DNA of 64,000 bases from Phoronis australis (Eukaryota; Animalia; Phoronida). The stretch covers positions 301,856 to 365,855 of the forward strand of contig NMRA01000246.1 of the NCBI GenBank assembly GCA_002633005.1. The letters are read 5' to 3'. The notes below the pieces were generated by a model. That model did no database searches. It was given only the letters and a program-made list of their open reading frames with translations, and had not been told where the DNA came from. The position numbers were made by a program, and so were the translations under genes. Of the stretch, positions 37,295-64,000 are shown one piece after another (position 1 is the first letter of the stretch; each line of letters begins with the position of its first letter).

Positions 37295-39478
37295 AAGCCT
37301 TTGGCACTTACATGACCAGTTTTTAACGTGCTCACGGTTATGCATGTATGTTAAGAAACTTTTACTTACTAATCGAAATGTTCCTGTACCTGAGCCAACT
37401 CTGGTGCAGCTGAAGGTGAAATCTCGTCGGGTAAGTCCCGATATTGCGAGAGTATTTTTGTGAATGTTTGTACGCAATTAACCACCGTTAACGAAGGACC
37501 AAATCTGGCTAAGGGATTGGAAACGACTTAAAAATTAGTTCTTGCGATTCATCACGGGTATTTCATGCGTGATGAGACCTAACATTACGGTTGAAGCTGC
37601 AAGTAGACCTCATGAAATTCATTTCAATGAGATCATTCTCCTTCTGTTACCATCGACTGAGGCGCAGTCAATGCACACATCCGCCATTTTTAGCTCACAA
37701 CTTTAGGGTTGGCAAACTCCAATAAAATCTGAAGACTTTTCTTGAGTCGTCCTTCGTTTCAATGTTTTTGTCAGGGTAAGGGATATTATGAGACACATTT
37801 TATGAGATTTTGAATGTTGTTTTTTAAGTAGCTAAACTGTATGAGATGGAACTCTAAACTAGTTTTTTTATTTTCAACTAAAAACAATGCTATCTCACTT
37901 TCCCAAATGAATAGACAAACGGTTTTTGCCAGCCATTTACATGTATACACGCGTGAGATGTGGCAGATATGACCATTTCGCTTACTGGCGGGGGTTTGCG
38001 TCCATCCGGAATACATCAGGCATTAAGATGTCCTCAAATTTTCCTTCAGAGGAGAACTTAATTTGTGAATGAGCCAACTTCTTCAAACACACAGTCAATC
38101 ACTTTGCAGTCTGAAAGATACCCGTGCCTTGTCATGTGACTGAAGGGGAAACAGAACAGTTCTCACATCGGTTTGCTTATTAGAACACACGTCAATGAAC
38201 TCGTCACCCTTTCTGACCTCTGTCAAAAAGTCTATGCAAAGGACGAGAAGTTTTGAGTTATTTCACATCGAAAGTCCTACAGATGAGCAAAGAAACTTTA
38301 TTCTCACTTGTATCTTTGACCCTTTCACTCGTACTGAAAAGCAAGATAGTTTATACCACCACTTCGTGCCCATGCTCGACTAAAGCCAACACTATGTAGA
38401 TTCTGAAAGCAAATTTCCTACCGATTCCAAAAATATGACCATTAACTGTTTCTAGCAAATCTGGCTTGTGTGAGGGCTACCTGAAGTCGCAGCCAGTTTC
38501 TCAGTCACTACTAAGCAATGCACAATTGCAACACAGAGGGAGCCACCATCTTGAAGAAGAGTGCAGGTACAGCCAAGCAAGTGGTCTTTTTCATCCTCGA
38601 CACAATCACAAATGCAAACAAAAGACAATCACTTAGCTTGCATGCAATAACTACCCAAAAATGCCTCCAAGCCTGACTTATCCCTACATTTTAATATTTT
38701 GGGAGTGCAAATTGGCCACAGCCGCATCCTAACTGTTCAATGCCACCGAAGTCACAAATGTCAGCGATGATACCAAAATGTGAAACAAAATTTATTGGCA
38801 TGCACTAAGTATGAGCTTAATGGGAAATACCAAGACCGCCGTCGGGCTGAGTTGGAGCAGGATTGGTGACCCAACTAATGTCTCATTAGGATAGCGGTGC
38901 TTGTGCCTTGCGACGGTCGTCCGGCATCTTTTTAACCTGGGATTGCCGGAACTGTTCATTGGCAACCTGTCAACCGGCTATTACCCCCCCCCCTTCAGCC
39001 CCCTATGGTGCACCGCTCATGTCTAAGATGGGAATATCTCTACACTATAAACTAAATAGGCCTATATTGTAGCAGTGCGCACGAAATTAGCAGCTTACGT
39101 GGTGGAGGTCCAGGAGGGAGTTGGCCCATAACAGCGGTGGTTGTTCTGTAGCTTTTATGTCCGTCTCTTTTATCTTCATTTTTATTTGGCATTTTTTCGA
39201 GCGAAGTCTTTTTGACAATGTAGTTCGTCGAGTCCCGCAATTTCTGCTGTCTCGCTTTGCTCGGTTCTGTCCCGTGGAGTTCTGGTTCAGTTGTGTTATG
39301 CAATAGTTCTGACATGCCCACATGTACATGTACAAGGTGGCCATGATCTAATTCCATTCAGTCCAAGACAACCCAGTCTTCAAAGACTCAGTTGTGTATT
39401 CTTTTAACAGTTTAGAACATGGTATAAACCAATCCTTACCAACGAATGACGTAGAAAGTGTTCTTCGGCAAACAATTG

Positions 39479-39525
39479 CATTGTTGGTAGTGACGCATTG
39501 TTGGTAGTGACGCATTGTTGGTAGG
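39479..39525. repeat. 17-bp tandem repeat, about 3 copies
   Basis: (cattgttggtagtgacg) repeated about 2.8 times. Confidence 0.85.
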
Positions 39526-40129
39526 GATCACGAATTCTCTTCTTTCACAAGATAAAGCACTTTTACTAGTTGACAAAGCCTGTTTTTGATATACATTTGT
39601 ACGAGCTCTAAATAAGGTTTGAGATAACCTTACTATAAACATATATCGTTTTTTAACTTAAACTTTGTACTTCGATATCCCCAATATTATTGAGAGTAAT
39701 TGACATTTTCCTACAACCGAGGAATTGCATTTATTGAGAGGTTGTTCAGTTTGTTTTTAGAAATGCATAATTTTTGCTTTTCTAAAATCAGTTAACCTTG
39801 ATCTGCGTTTATATTTCAAAGTGACAAAAAATACAAATGTCACCACTATTTCATCGGTTTTGAAATGCTTTGCCGACGCTCAGTGTGATTTTTATTGTTT
39901 CCAAAATATATTACATATACATGTACCTTCACGCTGTCAAAGATCAGTTCAGCGTAGTTCTTAGAGGCCACAACGATCGTATTGTGTATTGGTCGGTAAA
40001 AAGACTTATGTTTCAATGGTGGTATAAAGAGTTAGATTTTTCCATACTCAACTAAACACTGATTCTACAGTAAATGTTGGGTGCGTCACGCCAGTTATAC
40101 TGCACAACTTTTATCACGGATAGTCCTGC

Positions 40130-41871
40130 TTACCCAACACTTATGTTGATACCGTTATTCGACGACTTCTCTGGTATTTCTGCAAGCAGGTATCCCGTGA
40201 ACGTGTTATGATGTTCGTTTGCGTGGTTGTGGATAGCATGGCCTTTCTTCAACTTCAGAAATACATTGTCAAATTTCTCGAGCTGCAAAATGATGGAGTT
40301 TCCCCCCGTGCCCATGCTGTACGGCACTGCAGCGTAGGTAAAATATGTAATGGCCTTTGTATTGTGGTAAAGATCGAAGCCGCAAGCTTTGTTAACTTCA
40401 CTCATGCAGAAAGCCTGGAACGGTGAATTAAAAATCAATTAAAGGACACTAAAACTTAGTGAGACCAAAATGTAATACAGAGTGATTCTCCCGAAAAAGG
40501 ACCCAAACTTTCACTAAACATTTTTCCACTCGAGATCGGGGCCCGAAACTTTGCACAAACGTGCACAACTCTATTGCAAACCCACACTGTAGCACACTCT
40601 GCCCAAACATTTGTCCAAGTAATGACTAAAAATATTCCAAATAAACTTATGTTCAATATATTTCCAGGATGGTTTCAAATATGGCGGTGAATCGATCACC
40701 GAGGACGGACAAAATTTTGACTTGGAACAGCTGAGGATTCGGAAAATGTTGGTGAAAATATACCCTACGGTGCATCTGTTCATGGGCAACACCCCCTTCC
40801 TTTCCGACTAGTACATGTAGCTATGCTTTAAAGTTGCCTCAACCAACATCAACGAATAAGACGGTCAAATTTCAAATCAGTTTTTTCAAAACCAAACAAG
40901 CTCATTGATATTAGTACATGAATCCTTGCATTCCGTAAAAACAATCACTCCAAAATGCTGAAACATTTTCAAATAACTGCCACTTGCCCTAAAGTTTTTA
41001 AGGAAAAATGTCAAACCTTTGTAAAAACTCATAAATTATTGTGTACTCTCAATTCCAAACTATTCAAGACCATTCAAAATGGAAAAAGTTTGGTTTCCGC
41101 AACTTTTTAACTTTGTAGTACCTGGAAAAAGTATAGTCCTCTCACAGGTGCTCGAAATATGCCGGTTGTTCCACTGTATCCGTTGCCTTCGTTTGTTATA
41201 ACCTTTGGGAAAACAACCGTTAAATCGCTACTGGTTGCTTCAAGGTGGTTGATTGCTACAGCACTGAAAGCTACTACCTTTGGTGATACCATTGTACCGC
41301 TGCCGGAAACGCCTGGAAGAAATCCGAACTGATCAAGCCCGTTCGACATTGAGGTGTTGTTAGAAAAACATTTTGTATGTTAGTGACATTTTGAAGGCTT
41401 TAGCCGGGGAAAACTAACCACGTCTGTCACATCATCTACATCTGGGCGTCTAATACAGTGTAACTTGTATTGACTGTGTTAACTCAGACACCATTGTTCA
41501 GCTGTACCCTTGTAGATGTACATAACATACATTATACAAGTTGACTGCAAGGAGGATGCCTTGCAGTCAACTTGTATAATGTTGCAGCTCTAATCGTTAG
41601 AATTCATAACTGCTAAGATGTTATGTATATAAACTACATAGCTTTACTGGTGGATGATGGAAAATTTTAATAAATAGGCCAATGAGCACTCACGAACCAC
41701 GGTTTATGAGTTACTCTGAAAGAGACACATGCTCATGTAGGTCTATAGTGTAGGCCTATTCTGCGTGGATCCAAACAACTCACTTGAAACATCCTTTATC
41801 CCAGTGATTGCCGACTTGCTGGACTGAGCAGCAACGATTACCAGGAGTGCCTTGAGCAGAATCTTGTCCAT
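40130..41871 (-). CDS. Gene 3: secreted globular-head C1q-domain protein (C1qDC / cerebellin-like, no collagen), ~187 aa, 3 coding exons
   Basis: Exons: 41871-41784 (MDKILLKALLVIVAAQSSKS signal), 41312-41122 (VAFSA..VVFPKVITNEGNGYSGTTGIFRAPVRGLYFF), 40414-40130 (GNSIILQLEKFDNVFLKL..NTFTGYLL). Classic gC1q motifs, GT-AG junctions, 564 nt in frame. The stop codon overlaps a possible GT donor, so the exact C-terminus is slightly uncertain. Confidence 0.88.
41529..41582. repeat. Perfect 24-bp inverted repeat with a 6-nt loop in C1q coding intron 1
   Basis: acattatacaagttgactgcaagg-aggatg-ccttgcagtcaacttgtataatgt. Confidence 0.95.
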
Positions 41872-42477
41872 TTTCAAAACCTGTAACTCAAAGGCTTCGT
41901 GTATGATTTGTGCACAATCTAATACATGTACACCCTCTTGCTCTATTCCCCAAAACTTACTGAGATAAACGTATCCTCACATGTAGCTTAACATATGGCT
42001 AGATTATTGTACGCCGGGGGGGAGGGGGCACTTTTCAGTTTCGTCAATAGATAATAATAAGAAATAATTTAATGTGGCCACTGGCAAGCTGATACGAGCA
42101 ATGAGCTATATTGATCTCATTGAATACGACGATATCAAAAGTAGAATAAAAAACATTTCGACTCCAACTCACTTGCGGTATTTATTGCATCGTTCATGTA
42201 AGTTGACCAAATCAAAGTGCACATATGTATGTATGGTCATTATTTATCACAATGCCATAGATGTTAATGCATCACTAGTTAGATTTGATTTTTAAGCAAT
42301 GAAATAGAATTTTTATTGTGACAACTACTTTAAACTTTGTTTCCATAACTGGTGTGGATAACGATCGACCAGTGTACCTTGGTTAGAATAATAAATATTT
42401 CTACCAATTGAAGTGCTTAAGCTAGTTAAATAGGGAATAATCTGTCTCTTCTGAAGTGTGTAAGGTCGCATGTTTCA

Positions 42478-42546
42478 GGGCCAGCGCAGACGAAGAGCTA
42501 CGCACCTTACATGTAAAATAGCTCAGCTCATAGCTCATGTCTGCGG
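42478..42546. mobile_element. Tiny collapsed MITE of the same family as 32718-33068
   Basis: gcgcagacgaagagcta..tagctcatgtctgcgg forms an imperfect inverted pair. Confidence 0.45.
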
Positions 42547-44774
42547 CAAAATATTTTAAGAGGATTTGGATTCACGAAAAGGTTAGAGTTCATTTACCTG
42601 GCGTGCGTTCGTTAGCGCAAAAGACCTACGGCTAGGACCTAGCTAAAATCTAGCCAAAGTCATGTGTTTTCGTTTAAAATACACTGGAATATCCCATGTA
42701 ATCTCGCGAAGTCTTGCGCCTTAGCGAGGTCCAAGCGTTACTGAACGGGAGGCTGCGGGTTAGCGGAGACCGGCACAGCATGTGGGAGAGGTGAGCGCGT
42801 AACGAATTACATTCTTTAGCCAAGAATTTTTTTTTGTACCACCTGAGAGCACCAACTTTATCTCTTTGGATCATTCTAACCCTTTGTACAACATTAACCG
42901 ATTTACACTGTAAGCCCGCTGTTCTAAAGGCACGCAACCCATCATGTTTGTGCATATTGTGCGTGTTAGTTCCGTTAATCCCACTACTTTCCAAGACACT
43001 GGATTATGTAGGCTACAGGTGCATGTCCTTGATATCAGTACCGCAACTATAGGCTTGGTATAGTTTACACATGTGACTCGGGTTAGCAGTTCGACTGAGC
43101 GCCTGGCAAAGGTTCTGTTCTCACACTAGTGTGAACGACTCGATTTGCATAAAAACAAAAATCTAATTCATAATGAAACTAGAAAAGCATAAGAAAGGAT
43201 AATCAATTATTTCACAAGCCCGCACATACGCAAGAGATTTAGGGACATTAGGGGAGTCTCAATTTTTACTGTTTCATGCAACCGGACACAGGGCCCCTGT
43301 TAAGTATGACCAAAGAGCGTAAGTGGTTACGAAATGGAACCCATCGAGGTTTGAAGGCTGTTGTATCAAAAGACGTCACACGAACGTCCATGGTTGACCT
43401 TCGTCTGTATTCTTTGCAAACGTGTTGTGAGGCAAGGGGGTTGCGTTTTGAAATCACTCAGTTACCGTGGTACATCAAGGCTCTCTGAACTCAGTGTGTT
43501 GTCAAGAGGCCGCTGTACTATGCAATAGTGGCAGTTTATTTCCTTTATTGAAGTTCAGTGCAATGCCATGTGATGTTGATGTGGAACTATGTGATATGCT
43601 TTTAATGAACATTGACTTTGAATTCCCAATTGTATTTCGGCTTTACCTGATTAGCACTTTAAATTCAAGATGGTAAGATATTTTTTCTTATTGTTGCCTA
43701 GTGAATTTGTTAGGACACAAATAAAATAAACTCCTGAAGTAAGGAATTGCGCAATGATAAATTCGGTCAACTTCAAAATGTGACGGGAAATGCATTGACA
43801 ACATGGTGATTCTAGAGTCTGATTTGAAAATGTCCCTTTTTTGCATGAGGGGCTCGATTTTCCGGTAAATTCGGGTAATGAGGTTCTACATCAGCTTCCA
43901 CGATGTTTCCCTGCGCATGCACGTAACTGAAAACAACCCCCCAAACCAACGACCACAGTTGAAGTGACGGATAGGAAGAGTTGCTTCGTAACTTGACAAA
44001 AACGTTTTTGTAAGTCTCTAAACCACAGACTATAGTACATGGACCGCCAACTCCGTATGTTTTCATTGGACGAAATCTGTGATCTTACGCATAAGCCATG
44101 ACGTCATTAATCACTAACGACAGCTGGCAAAATTAGCAAGTTTTACTTCCGGTAACTATGTCGTCTGCTAATCATGGTAGGGTATTGGGTGGTCGGGTGT
44201 TCGGCCACACAGGCCAAATGTTGAGCACTGAAGTTTGAATTTTTCAATTACGTGACCAGTAGCATTGCCAAAAGTACTCACGATACCAACAGTTCTACTA
44301 TTGGAAGACTTTGATTAGCGTCTCGGTGTCGAAACTATTTTTTGTTGTACTGGACAGTGAAGTAGATGCGAGAATTTGACGTCACAATAAATTAACCGAA
44401 AACTTTAATTGGTAATATTTAGGAGGGTGGTGCCTCCTCTCGGATATTTCGCAAGTAAATGTCGGAGTTGCGAAACTGTTGTCTATAATCTATGGAAAAC
44501 CCAAGTATTATATATCCGTAAAGCACTAGGGAGTACTGACATAAGGTTCACTCATGAGTTTCTACCAGGGTAAATTATTGATGAAGTAAAGCCAACATAG
44601 CTTGAGATCGGAGAAAAACATCTGCGGTCATAAATGAATGGAAAGTACTGTACTATATTTAGCGTCATCGTGTATTTACATGTAGCTTGCAGGTGATTTA
44701 TTACTACTGTACGTTTGCATAAACTATCTGTTTGTCTTCCAGAAAAGCCGGGTGCAGTGTGACAGAGAGTTAAA

Positions 44775-44780
44775 TTTATT
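44775..44780 (-). promoter_or_regulatory. Candidate polyadenylation signal of gene 4
   Basis: AATAAA on the minus strand about 70 nt after the stop at 44851. Confidence 0.45.
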
Positions 44781-44850
44781 AATTAGAGTGAAAACAACAC
44801 ATGACAACATTTTCGATCCATGTTTTTCCAGAAAGTCACGTGAATATTCC

Positions 44851-63362
<18,512 letters not shown>

Positions 63363-64000
63363 CGTCACTAGAGCAGGCCAACTAAATAGAGATAAGTCTC
63401 AGTCATGATAATATAGCCCTGCAGATGGGAGCCGACACGTGCAGTCACACCTTGAAGTTTGATTACACAGTCGGAAGGGACAGAGTTAAGCTTAAGATAA
63501 CTTCGAATGTACATGTAAAGCACTTCCGTAACGTAAATATGCCACTGAAAGTGGGAACATGGGTTGATAAACTCCTAAATGTAACTTTATTTTTAAACTT
63601 TGCTGTGTTCTATTGATAATCATTTTTATTCATGTAATAAAATATGGTCCCGAACGGAATCATGTGCTCTTAAATTAAACTACTTAGCCCTACTTCAATC
63701 TAATGGCTATTAGGAATCAAATTCGAAGTTATTGTAATGTAGCATTTGATAGGCTCCATAATGTAACCTGGATGTTGTGTAATAAACAAACCAAATAACA
63801 TTTTTGTGTGAAGATTAAGACGTGAAAAGAAGAAAAAATATCCACCCGGTATTACTGTAACAGATTCTCAATCCCAGCTCAGTATAGTACAGAAGATTCA
63901 AAAGAACATTCACCATTGATGATTTGCCTATGTTAGCATTCTTAGTATTTCTGAAGCCAATCTTGCCCATGTGTGCACCCATCTTGTACTTCATATCACA

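Overview
AT-rich, intron-rich animal genomic DNA, most likely a marine invertebrate (lophotrochozoan-like by repeat content and gene families; the taxon cannot be fixed from sequence alone). Hand-splicing at GT-AG boundaries with consistent exon phases gives four complete secreted-protein genes. Gene 1 (8187-17180 +) is signal-LDLa-CUB-LDLa-CUB-LDLa-trypsin, ~698 aa. Gene 2 (21903-37161 +) is signal-SUEL/rhamnose-binding lectin-7xLDLa with Thr/Lys-rich mucin linkers-trypsin, ~957 aa. Gene 3 (41871-40130 -) is a collagen-free secreted globular C1q protein, ~187 aa. Gene 4 (63362-44851 -) is signal-CUB-LDLa-CUB-CUB-CUB-LDLa-trypsin, ~935 aa. All three proteases keep the His/Asp/Ser triad and a trypsin-type S1 Asp. 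The main candidate system is this cluster of a lectin-fused protease, a free C1q head and CUB/LDLa zymogens; an innate-immune cascade and a digestive or mucosal role are both possible. The rest of the window holds MITEs, a decayed Kolobok-like THAP/KolX element, a 60-bp minisatellite, a perfect intronic hairpin, abundant TACATGTA octamers, one N-gap and a probable haplotype-overlap duplication. Most short ORFs in the supplied track are spurious or exon read-throughs.
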